Source of the DNA: Gemmatimonadota bacterium
Lineage (GTDB): Bacteria > Gemmatimonadota > Gemmatimonadetes > Gemmatimonadales > GWC2-71-9
DNA length: 64,000 nt
NCBI GenBank assembly: GCA_039588255.1
Contig: JBDHAF010000014.1
Location: 469 to 64,468 of the forward strand
Direction: 5' to 3'
Below are positions 29,362 through 38,301 of this stretch, piece by piece. A program made the translations under genes and the position numbers. Every line of letters starts with the position of its first letter. Position 1 is the first letter of the stretch. The notes under the pieces are model-generated. The model was not told where the DNA came from and searched no databases. It worked only from the letters and a program-made list of their open reading frames with translations.

Positions 29362-30456
29362 ATGAAAAGGTTCCCCGCTTACGATCCTCCCGAGTACGTC
29401 CACTGGCAGGCCGACCCTGAGCTCGTCCGGGAGTTCGCGGAGACGTGTGAGCGCGATCCCGATCGGAAGGCCGTCGTGGATGGCCTTGGAGCGGAGCAGC
29501 GGCTCGGCCTGTATCGCGGCATGCTGCGGACGCGCCTCCACGACGTGATGCTCCAGCGTTGGGTCAAGCAGGGAGTGATATCGAAGGCGTGGTTGGCCAC
29601 GGGCGAAGAGGCCACCACAGTGGGACCAGTGCATGCTCTGGACCGAGCGGTGGACGTGGTAGCGCCGATGATCCGAAATGCGGGGGCGTGCAGCGAGATG
29701 GGCATGTCCATCGCCGACATGTTGCGAGGGTACCTGGCCACGGCGGACTCCCCGTCGTCGGGGCGCGACGGGCACGTGGGGTCGTTCGAGAACAGGGTGC
29801 TGCAACCGATCTCCAACATCGGCAACATTCCACCCGTCACCGTCGGCCTGGCGCTGGCCCTGCGCATGCACGGTATCAACGGCGTAGCCCTCACGTGGGT
29901 CGGGGACGGATCGGTGAAGTCGGGGCCCACCCACGAGGCGTTCAACTTTGCGGCGGTACAACGGCTCCCCGTGATCTTCGTGATCCAGAACAACCAGGTT
30001 GCCTTGGGCACGGTCGTCGGAGCACACCACCTTCCTGGAACGTTCGACGAGTTGCACGAGGCCTACGGGATGGCCGGGTGGGCGTTCGACGGCAACAACG
30101 TGCTGGATGCGCGTGCCGCCACGAAGCTCGCGGCGGATCGCTGTCGGTGCGGCGACGGTCCGGTGATGCTCTCGGCGGAGACCTTCCGCATGGGCGGCCA
30201 CGCCACGCATGACGAGCGGGAGGCGCGGGAGGTCATTCCTGCGGAGATGTTCGCGGCGTGGGGGAAGAGGGATCCCATCGGCCTGTACGAGGAGTACCTC
30301 AAGGAACACGGCACCACGGTCGACGAATTGGAGCAGGTGGAAGCTGAAGTCACCGACGAGGTGCAGCGTGCGGCGGATGAAGCACTGCAGAGCCGGGACC
30401 ACAACATGCCGGCCCCGGCGTCGGCGGTGGAGGGCGTGTATGCCGGTGAGCGGTGA
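29362..30456 (+). CDS. thiamine-diphosphate-dependent 2-oxoacid dehydrogenase E1 alpha subunit
   Basis: 364 aa with a TPP-binding region (GDGSVKSGPTHEAFNFAA ... VIFVIQNNQVA). No E1 beta, E2 or E3 gene is adjacent. Confidence 0.85.
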   Translation: MKRFPAYDPPEYVHWQADPELVREFAETCERDPDRKAVVDGLGAEQRLGLYRGMLRTRLHDVMLQRWVKQGVISKAWLATGEEATTVGPVHALDRAVDVVAPMIRNAGACSEMGMSIADMLRGYLATADSPSSGRDGHVGSFENRVLQPISNIGNIPPVTVGLALALRMHGINGVALTWVGDGSVKSGPTHEAFNFAAVQRLPVIFVIQNNQVALGTVVGAHHLPGTFDELHEAYGMAGWAFDGNNVLDARAATKLAADRCRCGDGPVMLSAETFRMGGHATHDEREAREVIPAEMFAAWGKRDPIGLYEEYLKEHGTTVDELEQVEAEVTDEVQRAADEALQSRDHNMPAPASAVEGVYAGER

Positions 30457-30460
30457 GGGG

Positions 30461-30486
30461 CCCGCGCCCCCCTTGGGGGACGCGGG
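30461..30486. terminator. GC-rich hairpin between convergent genes (possible terminator)
   Basis: cccgcgcccc-ccttgg-gggacgcggg forms a stem of about 10 bp with one mismatch. There is no flanking U-tract on either strand. Confidence 0.3.
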
Positions 30487-30520
30487 GCTGCCCGTCCGGC
30501 GCTCAGCTCATGTCGCTTTA

Positions 30521-31900
30521 TTAGAAATAGTTTCCCGTGGCGATGATGTATATGAGGATCGCCACGATGCCCACCGGCGCCAGGAATCGAATCAGGAACG
30601 TCCAAAGTCTCAGGAGGCCGAACCGAACACCTTCCGACTCGATCTCAGCCGCGGCGGCTCGCACACCCCACCGGTACCCAACGAAGATCGCCAGGCCCAG
30701 CGATCCGATGGTAAGAGAGTAGTTCCCAAATACGATGCTCATCAGCGTGAGAAAATCGGGTGCCGCCCCGGGCAGGTCCGAGAAGAACGCAACTGCGCCG
30801 GACGCCAAAGCCGAGGGGACGCCAATGAGGAACGTCACGAGGCCGATTGCCGCCACGGCTTTGCCGCGTGGCCAACCCCACTCGTCAATGACATACGAAA
30901 CGGGAACCTCGAGTAATGAGATTGTGGAGGTCAGGGCCGCGATTGCTAGAAGCAGGAAGAAGGCGGCGCCGAACAACTGGCCCGCCGGCAGCTCTGCGAA
31001 GAGCGTCGGGAGAACTTGGAACACGAGGCCGACGCCGGACGAAGGGCTCAACCCGGCGTGGAACAGGGCGGGAAAGATGATCAGCCCAGCGAGCAGCGCA
31101 ACGAGGGTGTCAAAGAAGCAGATGATCCCCGCGGAGGTTCCGAGATTGATGTCCTTCGATACATAGCTTCCGTACGTGATCATGGCGCCCATGCCGAGGC
31201 TGAGCGAGAAGAACGCCTGCCCGAGCGCCGCCGGAAAGGTCTGGGCAGAGATCCGAGAGAAATCTGGCGCAAGGTAGAACTCCAAACCTGCGCCAGCACC
31301 CGATAGGGTAACCGACCGGATCGCCAACAGAATCAACAGGCCAAAGAGGATCGGCATCAAGATCTTGGACACGCGCTCAATGCCGCCGGACACACCTCGC
31401 CACACGACCAACGAGGTGATGGCGAGGAATGAGAACAACAGCCCCAGGCCGGCGACCGGACTGCCGACCAAGCCGCCGAAGATCGCCTGCGATTCTTCCG
31501 CCGTAATGGTTTGCGAGAAGCTGCCGGTCACCGTCTTGAAGAAGTAACCGACGGTCCATCCCGCGATCACACCATAGAAAGATAGAATGGCGACGCCGGT
31601 GATGACGCCGACCAAGCCAACCAGCTTCCAGAGCGTCCCGGGGGCGGCTGCCTCGAACGCCCCGACGGGGTTTCGGTGCGTGTGGCGTCCGAGGGCTAGT
31701 TCCGCCAGCATCACGGCCGCACCGATGAGGAACACAAAACCCAGGTAGATGATGACAAAGGCGGCGCCGCCCCCGTCCCCCACGACGTAGGGGAACCGCC
31801 AAATGTTACCTAGCCCGATGGCCGAGCCGACGGCCGCCAGGACAAAGCCGGCGCGACTGCCCCACGAATCGCGTTGAACCGAGCCGTTCGGTGATGTCAT
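30521..31900 (-). CDS. sodium-dependent transporter (neurotransmitter:sodium symporter family)
   Basis: Contains the NSS signature GSAIGLGNIWRFPY. The ATG at 31900 (MTSPNG) is preferred over the TTG at 31918 in the track. Confidence 0.9.
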   Translation of the reverse strand: MTSPNGSVQRDSWGSRAGFVLAAVGSAIGLGNIWRFPYVVGDGGGAAFVIIYLGFVFLIGAAVMLAELALGRHTHRNPVGAFEAAAPGTLWKLVGLVGVITGVAILSFYGVIAGWTVGYFFKTVTGSFSQTITAEESQAIFGGLVGSPVAGLGLLFSFLAITSLVVWRGVSGGIERVSKILMPILFGLLILLAIRSVTLSGAGAGLEFYLAPDFSRISAQTFPAALGQAFFSLSLGMGAMITYGSYVSKDINLGTSAGIICFFDTLVALLAGLIIFPALFHAGLSPSSGVGLVFQVLPTLFAELPAGQLFGAAFFLLLAIAALTSTISLLEVPVSYVIDEWGWPRGKAVAAIGLVTFLIGVPSALASGAVAFFSDLPGAAPDFLTLMSIVFGNYSLTIGSLGLAIFVGYRWGVRAAAAEIESEGVRFGLLRLWTFLIRFLAPVGIVAILIYIIATGNYF

Positions 31901-32032
31901 GTATAGTCCCTTGCGCAAAAATCGCCCTTACATATAAGACAAATCGGTCCCATGTCTAGGTTCCGGCGCGCTTTCGACGTCGGGTTGCTGGAAGGAGATC
32001 TACGATGTGGCGGGAGCACGCCGGCAGGGTGA

Positions 32033-32713
32033 CTAACGTCCCAACCTGAGTCCCGCCGCCGACGCCTGCGCCGATGGCTGGAGGGTTCTCGCGGGGGCCG
32101 CGATGGCGTCCCACGCGGCTTCGATGACCTGCTTGGGGGCGGAATGCTGGGCCGCCCACTCCTGGGCTGCCACGCGTTCCAACATGAGTCGCACGAGCTG
32201 GAGCCAGACATCGGTCCAGAGGTAGGCCGGGCCCGGACGTATCTCGTTGGAGGCCTTTCCCGACGCGACCACTTTCTCCAACTCGACCCTCATCTGCTCA
32301 TAGGCCTCGCGGCTTTTCTCATCGAGCAGTCCCGTCGGCGGCGATACGAACACCAGCTTCACCAGCGGAGGGTCTTGAGCCGCCACGTCACCCCACCGGT
32401 CGGCAACATCGTTCATTCGATCCCGGCATGACGATCTGGCCGGCGTCTGCTCCACGATCTGGGTGAACATCCGAACCGCGCCACGATAGATCTCGTTGAG
32501 CAACTGTTCCTTGCTCGTGAAGTGACGGTAGATGGTCCCCTCGGCCACGCCGGCCTTGTGGGCCACCTGGGGTGTCGTACTCGCGTGATATCCCTGCGTT
32601 GTGAAAAGGTCCAGCGCAGCACGAACGAGTCGCTCGCGAGTGTTCTTCGGATCGCGGCGTCGTGGCTTAGGGGTCGATTCGACTGGTGCGAACGGATTTG
32701 GAGTGTGAGGCAT
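32033..32713 (-). CDS. TetR/AcrR family transcriptional regulator
   Basis: N-terminal HTH TRERLVRAALDLFTTQGYHASTTPQVAHKAGVAEGTIYRHFTSKEQL. The ATG at 32713 is preferred over the GTG at 32743 in the track. Confidence 0.85.
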   Translation of the reverse strand: MPHTPNPFAPVESTPKPRRRDPKNTRERLVRAALDLFTTQGYHASTTPQVAHKAGVAEGTIYRHFTSKEQLLNEIYRGAVRMFTQIVEQTPARSSCRDRMNDVADRWGDVAAQDPPLVKLVFVSPPTGLLDEKSREAYEQMRVELEKVVASGKASNEIRPGPAYLWTDVWLQLVRLMLERVAAQEWAAQHSAPKQVIEAAWDAIAAPARTLQPSAQASAAGLRLGR

Positions 32714-32835
32714 CACTCGGCAAGTATAACTCGCCCGTGTCACGGGGTGTCAATGGTTCCGTCCTACCGCCCAAACCGTAGGTCTTCTATGTTTCGTCTG
32801 CAGCGATCCACCGTTAACGACACCAACGAGCACCA

Positions 32836-33360
32836 ATGACGGATCTGGATTTTCGCTCCATTTGGGAAAACGACGCCATTCCCTACGAGGAATTTGTCGA
32901 GACGACAGAAAAAAACGAGTCCTTGTGGAGGGGCGTCTACAGGACCGCTCGAATTCCTGACTGGGCATACGAGATGGCATGCCAGCACGGGCCGGGCGTG
33001 AAGCTCCTGGCCATCTTGGAAGACTGGTGTGGGGACGCGAGCAACACGGTTCCCGTCTTGGCACGGCTCGGCCACGAGGCGAATTGCCTCGACATGAAGG
33101 TGATCCGCCGGGACGAGCACCCCGACGTGATGGATCGGTATCTCACGAGCGGATCCAGGTCCATCCCCATCGTCATCGTGCTGGATCAGGATTACGGGGA
33201 ATTGGGCCACTGGGGGCCTCGTCCCGCCGAGATCCAGCAGTGGGTGATGGAGCACAAGGACACAATGCCGGCCAAGGAGCGGCATCCCATCGTCCGGCGC
33301 TGGTATGCCAAGGATCGGGGTGCAACGACGCTCAGGGAGGTGTTGGGGATACTGAAGTGA
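32836..33360 (+). CDS. thioredoxin-fold protein (single-Cys WCGD motif)
   Basis: 174 aa. LAILEDWCGDASNTVP occupies the position of the thioredoxin WCxxC motif. Confidence 0.55.
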   Translation: MTDLDFRSIWENDAIPYEEFVETTEKNESLWRGVYRTARIPDWAYEMACQHGPGVKLLAILEDWCGDASNTVPVLARLGHEANCLDMKVIRRDEHPDVMDRYLTSGSRSIPIVIVLDQDYGELGHWGPRPAEIQQWVMEHKDTMPAKERHPIVRRWYAKDRGATTLREVLGILK

Positions 33361-33369
33361 GCAGCTTCC

Positions 33370-34554
33370 CTAGAACGTCCATCGAGTATGAAAATCGGAC
33401 TCGATGCCGTCGGGGCCGACCCCCACCGTGAAACCGACGATGCCCGCCCTCCCGATCTGGATGATCAAGCCCGTACCTCCCCCCACCTTGAGATCCTCTG
33501 TGGTCAGGCGGAAATCCTCGGTTTCGAAGACCCGCCCGGCATCCAGGAACCCCACCAGGCTGATGCGATACAGCGTCGGAATGGCGGAGAGGGTGTACCG
33601 CGCCTCCAGGTTTCCGAAGAGCTTGTCCCTACCCAGGAATCGGTTTCCGGGCAGGGCGCGGTGGGTGGCGCTTCCGCCCAGGCCCTCGTAGAAGCGGGTC
33701 CCGCCCTCGATGAGGTAGTACGAGCCGAACCGGGGCGTTCCTCCCATCACCTGGCCCACGGCGCGGGCCGCCACCGTGAACAGAGGATTGGGAGACCAAT
33801 ACCCCTGGGCGTTCACGGTCGATCGGGTGTACGTGAGATCCCCGGCGATGCCGGCGTCGGCGACGCCCACCCCGGCACCCACGACGATGCCGTTGGTGGG
33901 GGCCACTTCGTCGTCACGCGTATCCACCACCAGGCCGATGCGAGCGGACACGTCGTTGGTGGCCACCCCCATCGTGGGATCGTTGGCCAAGTCGATAGCA
34001 AAGAGACTGGGACCTTCCGGTTGTGTCACCTGCCAGCGGTCCACTTTCACACCGCCGACGATGCGCAGCGGACCAATTAAGTCGCGCTGCACTTCGGCCC
34101 GAAAGATGTATTGCGTCCGGATCGCCCGGTAGAAATCCGGCTGGTCGTCTGTGACGTTGTCCGTATCGAAGACCGTTTGGTTCCCGAGGCCGAAGTAGTT
34201 GTCCTTGGCGCGCCGCCGGGCCACAAAGCCGGCGCTGAAACGCCATCCGTTGGAGAGCCCGGGTGCGCGGGCCTCGAGCTTGATGAATCGACTTCCCGAC
34301 GTGGAGAGCTGCCCGTCGACCGAAAACGAGATCCTGTACGGATGTGGGTTGAGGAAATCGGCGCTACGCAGCGGCTGGACGATGGCGTAGTACGCACCGC
34401 CGGTGAGCCCTTCGATGGGCGTGTAGAACACCTTCGGGTAGAAGACGTCGAACCAATAGTCCGCGTCCAGATCTAATCCGCCGCCCGAGGAAGCCTGAGC
34501 CGTTACGCGCGTTCCAACAGAGAGCAGCAGTGCTGCAAGGAGAATCGTCCGCAA
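33370..34554 (-). CDS. outer-membrane beta-barrel protein (Omp85/surface-antigen-like)
   Basis: Signal peptide ...RVTAQA. Alternating amphipathic strands and a C-terminal aromatic residue (...HTRWTF). The TTG start lies directly after the upstream stop. Confidence 0.6.
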   Translation of the reverse strand: MRTILLAALLLSVGTRVTAQASSGGGLDLDADYWFDVFYPKVFYTPIEGLTGGAYYAIVQPLRSADFLNPHPYRISFSVDGQLSTSGSRFIKLEARAPGLSNGWRFSAGFVARRRAKDNYFGLGNQTVFDTDNVTDDQPDFYRAIRTQYIFRAEVQRDLIGPLRIVGGVKVDRWQVTQPEGPSLFAIDLANDPTMGVATNDVSARIGLVVDTRDDEVAPTNGIVVGAGVGVADAGIAGDLTYTRSTVNAQGYWSPNPLFTVAARAVGQVMGGTPRFGSYYLIEGGTRFYEGLGGSATHRALPGNRFLGRDKLFGNLEARYTLSAIPTLYRISLVGFLDAGRVFETEDFRLTTEDLKVGGGTGLIIQIGRAGIVGFTVGVGPDGIESDFHTRWTF

Positions 34555-35601
34555 CTAATCCCGCTCGTACAGGTAAGGGAGATCCCGGTGGGTCGCGGCC
34601 TCTCCGTCGTAGGCCGCGTAGCGCCCTCCGGACCAGATCGTTCCCGCACCGATGTCGCCGTTCTTGTTCACCGCATAGAAAGTGAGACCGAATCTCGGGC
34701 GCCCCCGGTCGTCGAGGAGACGGGGTTCGGTGTTGGCGACCACCCGCCGGAGGGTTTCCAGCGCGGCATCGGTGGGGCTCATTCCGCGCCGCATGTTGTC
34801 GACGGTCAAGAACGCACCGCACACCTTGATGTTCGCCTCGCCTCGCCCGGTGGATCCCGCCGCGCCGATGTCGTTGTCGGTGTACTGCCCGGCGCCGATG
34901 AGCGGTGAATCGCCGACCCGCCCCGGGATCTTCCATGAGAGACCGCTCGTGGTCGTCACCGACGAGATGTCTCCGTTGCTGTTCACCACGTTCATGTTGA
35001 TGGTGCCGGTCTCCCGGTGGACGAGCTGCCCGTCGTCCGGCACGTTGATCCAGTCGTCGTCCGGGCCACGGTTGGCGCGCCACCGGAGCCATCTCTCTCT
35101 CGCCTTGTCGGTGAGGAGCTCTTCCTCATTAAAGCCGTAGGAGAGCGCGAACCGCTTGGCGCCCTCACCCACCAGCATGATGTGGTCCGTGTACAACAAG
35201 ACGTACTTGGCTACCACGCTCGGTGTCTTGATCCCTTCGAGGGCTCCTACCGCCCCGGCCCGTCGCGTGGGGCCGTGCATGCAGGAGGCATCCAGTTGGA
35301 CGACCCCCTCTTCGTTGGGCAGGCCTCCGTAGCCGACCGACGTGTCTTCGGGGTCGAGCTCCTGGGTTTTGACGCCCTCGATGGCGGCGTCGAGGGTGTC
35401 CATGCCCTGTGCCAACAGCCGGCCTGCCAGCTCGACACCCCGGAGACCGTTGCCCGACGCCACCGCCACGTTGCCCGCCGCCCGGCGGGTGTGAACAGCG
35501 GGAAAACCTGTCTCGGCCGCGAGGGGTCGGCTCAGGGTTGCACCGGCGGCCACGCCGGTGGCGGCGCCGAGGAATTCACGACGAGAGAGTGAATCCGACA
35601 C
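34555..35601 (-). CDS. Ntn-hydrolase asparaginase / glycosylasparaginase with a Tat signal
   Basis: Twin-arginine signal SRREFLGAATGVAAG. Has the autoprocessing/nucleophile region SVTTTSGLSWKIPGRVGDSPLIGAG. Confidence 0.85.
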   Translation of the reverse strand: MSDSLSRREFLGAATGVAAGATLSRPLAAETGFPAVHTRRAAGNVAVASGNGLRGVELAGRLLAQGMDTLDAAIEGVKTQELDPEDTSVGYGGLPNEEGVVQLDASCMHGPTRRAGAVGALEGIKTPSVVAKYVLLYTDHIMLVGEGAKRFALSYGFNEEELLTDKARERWLRWRANRGPDDDWINVPDDGQLVHRETGTINMNVVNSNGDISSVTTTSGLSWKIPGRVGDSPLIGAGQYTDNDIGAAGSTGRGEANIKVCGAFLTVDNMRRGMSPTDAALETLRRVVANTEPRLLDDRGRPRFGLTFYAVNKNGDIGAGTIWSGGRYAAYDGEAATHRDLPYLYERD

Positions 35602-35737
35602 GATGTACCTCCTTCATCTGGGCTCACCTGCAGGGACTCGGGATTTAATCGGACACCCTGTGAGCGTCAACTTGCCTGGCCCTCCGACGTCACCTACGTT
35701 GACCCCGACGTCTTTCGAGGCCCCGCCTCCGGAGCCC

Positions 35738-36391
35738 ATGCCCGAGACCGACAACCAGCCCGAATCCGTGGCGGTCCGCTATGCGGCCTTCGTGAGCGCC
35801 GTCCTCCTCATCGGCGGCGGGCTCTTGGTTGCCCTCGGAACCGGCGTCGTCGGAACGCTGGTGCTCCGAGCCGGTGCCGCTGTTGCCGTCATCACCGGGG
35901 TGTTGTTTTTGGTCCTCAAATTCCTGGCCGTCCCATCGGCGAATACCCTGATGGGGTTCCTGGGAGCCCAATCCGGCTCCAGCACGCCGACTCTCAAGGG
36001 GTACTCTGCCATCGAGGCGCTGGCGGCCCAGGGGCGCTACCAAGAGGCGGCCAAGGCGTACGAGAGGGAGATCGCCGCGGACCCGTCCGACGTGGAAGCC
36101 CGATCCCGCCTCGCCCAGCTCCTCGTCGATCACCTCGAGGACCCAATCGGCGCGGCCCGGGCTCTGGCGGAGGCCCGAGACCGAGCCGGCGACGAGCGCC
36201 ACCGAGTGGGTTACGCGTTGCGATTGGTCGATCTCTACAGGAGTCGTCTTCGTGATCGAGGCAAGGCGATGGTGGAGCTTCGCCGCCTCATCGACACGTC
36301 TCCCCAGTCCCCACATCTCGACGGCGTTCGTCGCGAGCTGGCGGACTTGATCGAGGAGATGCGGTCGGAGCAGAACGGCGATCCCCAGTGA
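35738..36391 (+). CDS. hypothetical membrane protein with a TPR-like helical C-terminal domain
   Basis: Internal ATG chosen (MPETDNQ...). Two hydrophobic helices, then A/E/R-rich helical repeats (QGRYQEAAKAYEREIAADPSDVEARSRLAQL). Confidence 0.5.
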   Translation: MPETDNQPESVAVRYAAFVSAVLLIGGGLLVALGTGVVGTLVLRAGAAVAVITGVLFLVLKFLAVPSANTLMGFLGAQSGSSTPTLKGYSAIEALAAQGRYQEAAKAYEREIAADPSDVEARSRLAQLLVDHLEDPIGAARALAEARDRAGDERHRVGYALRLVDLYRSRLRDRGKAMVELRRLIDTSPQSPHLDGVRRELADLIEEMRSEQNGDPQ

Positions 36392-37122
36392 GCACGGAAC
36401 CGCCCCTCGTCTCCATCGTGCTTCCGGTGTTCAACGAGCTGGAGAACGTTGGCCCCCTCGTTGCGGAGATCGATGCGGTGTTTGCGGCCGAGTCGTACGA
36501 GATCGTGGCCGTCGATGACGGGTCCACCGACGGCTCCCTGGAGGAGCTGAACCGCCTGGGCAACGCCACCTCCAGACTTCGCGTAGTGGGCCTCGAGACC
36601 CACGCGGGGCAGAGTGTTGCGCTGGCGGCGGGATTCGACGCGGCCCACGGCGAGTGGATCCTGACCATGGACGCCGACGGGCAGAATGCGCCGCGAGACG
36701 GCCTCAAGCTGCTGGACGTGGTGCGCGGTCCCGGCCCGGCCACGGCGGCGGTCGGGTACCGGGCCCGACGGGTCGACACGCGATGGAAGCGGTTCCAAAG
36801 CCGGATTGCCAATCGGGCGCGGGATCTCATCACCGGCGACCAGGTGCGGGACACGGGGTGCTCGCTGAAGGTGATACCCCGGGATGGACTCCGCAGGGTC
36901 CCGAGATTTCAGGGGATGCACCGGTTTCTGGCGACACTCCTGCGCTGGGCCGGCGAGCACGTGGTGGAGGTGGAGGTCGGGCACCGGCCCCGGTGGCACG
37001 GCCGTACCAAGTACGGAATGTGGGACCGCCTCCGGGTCGGGTTGCAGGACGCGTTCGGGGTCAGGTGGTTACTCAAACGGCGCATCGTGTATCGGATCGC
37101 GGAGGTCCGGAGAACGGTGTAG
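36388..37122 (+). CDS. family-2 glycosyltransferase (polyprenyl-phosphate sugar transferase-like)
   Basis: Contains VSIVLPVFNELENV, VDDGSTDGS, MDADGQN (DxD). The GTG start overlaps the upstream stop (GTGA). Confidence 0.85.
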   Translation: MSTEPPLVSIVLPVFNELENVGPLVAEIDAVFAAESYEIVAVDDGSTDGSLEELNRLGNATSRLRVVGLETHAGQSVALAAGFDAAHGEWILTMDADGQNAPRDGLKLLDVVRGPGPATAAVGYRARRVDTRWKRFQSRIANRARDLITGDQVRDTGCSLKVIPRDGLRRVPRFQGMHRFLATLLRWAGEHVVEVEVGHRPRWHGRTKYGMWDRLRVGLQDAFGVRWLLKRRIVYRIAEVRRTV

Positions 37123-37212
37123 CCGCAAGGTTACTTTAGAAAGCTGCACGTTCCCCTTTTCCCCGGCTCTCGTGTTAGTTTCTGTGCCTCGATTTAGTTA
37201 AGGAATTTTCGG

Positions 37213-38301
37213 ATGACGACACCTTTCGGCCGTTTCTTCCTCCCCGGACCGACCGAGGTCCACCCGGAGGTGCTTGCCGCGATGACACGCCCCATGATCC
37301 CGCACCGGGGTCGTGCGATGACCGATCTCCTGGCAGGAATGCAAGACGGACTGCGGTCCATCTTCCGCACCGAGGGACGTCCGATCGTGGGAACGTGCGC
37401 GGCCACGGCATTTATGGAGATGGCCATCCGGTCGGGGGTCCGTCATCGGGTGCTCTCACTCGTGAGCGGCGCATTCGGGAAGCGATTTGCGGCGATCGCC
37501 CAGGCGTGTGGCCGTGACGTCGTGACGCTGGAAGTCGCTCCGGGTCAGACAGTGGAGACCGACATGCTTCGGGACGCGATGACCCGAAGTGACGCGGACG
37601 CCGTAACGTTGGTGCATTCCGAGACGTCAACCGGAGCTCTGGCTCCCCTCGAGCAGCTGGCGGAGGTGGTGCACGAGTTTGACGACGTGATGCTCCTCGT
37701 AGACGCGGTGACATCGATGGCCGGCTTGCCGGTGGAGACGGACGAGTGGAAGCTCGATTTCGTGCTGACCGGGGCACAAAAGGCGCTGGCACTGCCTCCG
37801 GGTTTGGCGCTGGCGGCCCACTCGGAGCGGATGCTGGAGCGCGCCAAGAAGGTGCCCGAGCGAGGTGGATACCTGGACCTGGTGGCGTATGCGGACGCTG
37901 CGGAGAATCACCAGCCGACCAACACGCCGGCGATATCCTTGTATTATGCCCTCGACGTACAGCTGAAGCGCATCGAAGCGGAAGGCGGCGTGGAGGCGCG
38001 GTGGAAACGCCATGGGGACATGCTCGAGACCGTTGAGCGATGGTTGGAGGATCGCGGTACGGATCTCGGCCTGAGTTACCTGCCCGCCAAGGACCGGCGG
38101 AGCTGGACTGTTTCCTGTCTCAAGATTCCCGAAGGACAGAGCGGACGTGTGATTCGCGACCGGCTGGCCGACCGGGACTGGACGATTGCCACGGGCTACG
38201 GTGAGCTGAAGAAGTCCACGATTCGGATCGGCCACATGGGAGATCATAGCGTAGCCGCTCTGGATGAGCTCCTGGCGGAGTTGGAGGAGGTGGTCGCATG
38301 A
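37213..38301 (+). CDS. class-V aminotransferase (serine-glyoxylate / phosphoserine aminotransferase type)
   Basis: 362 aa with N-terminus FLPGPTEV and PLP-lysine region TGAQKALALPPG. Translationally coupled to serA. Confidence 0.85.
   Translation: MTTPFGRFFLPGPTEVHPEVLAAMTRPMIPHRGRAMTDLLAGMQDGLRSIFRTEGRPIVGTCAATAFMEMAIRSGVRHRVLSLVSGAFGKRFAAIAQACGRDVVTLEVAPGQTVETDMLRDAMTRSDADAVTLVHSETSTGALAPLEQLAEVVHEFDDVMLLVDAVTSMAGLPVETDEWKLDFVLTGAQKALALPPGLALAAHSERMLERAKKVPERGGYLDLVAYADAAENHQPTNTPAISLYYALDVQLKRIEAEGGVEARWKRHGDMLETVERWLEDRGTDLGLSYLPAKDRRSWTVSCLKIPEGQSGRVIRDRLADRDWTIATGYGELKKSTIRIGHMGDHSVAALDELLAELEEVVA

Noticed and set aside
32744-32835. Weak palindrome cctac-N11-gtagg in the divergent TetR/thioredoxin-like promoter region.
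   Set aside because: The arms are only 5 bp with a long spacer, which is not distinguishable from chance.
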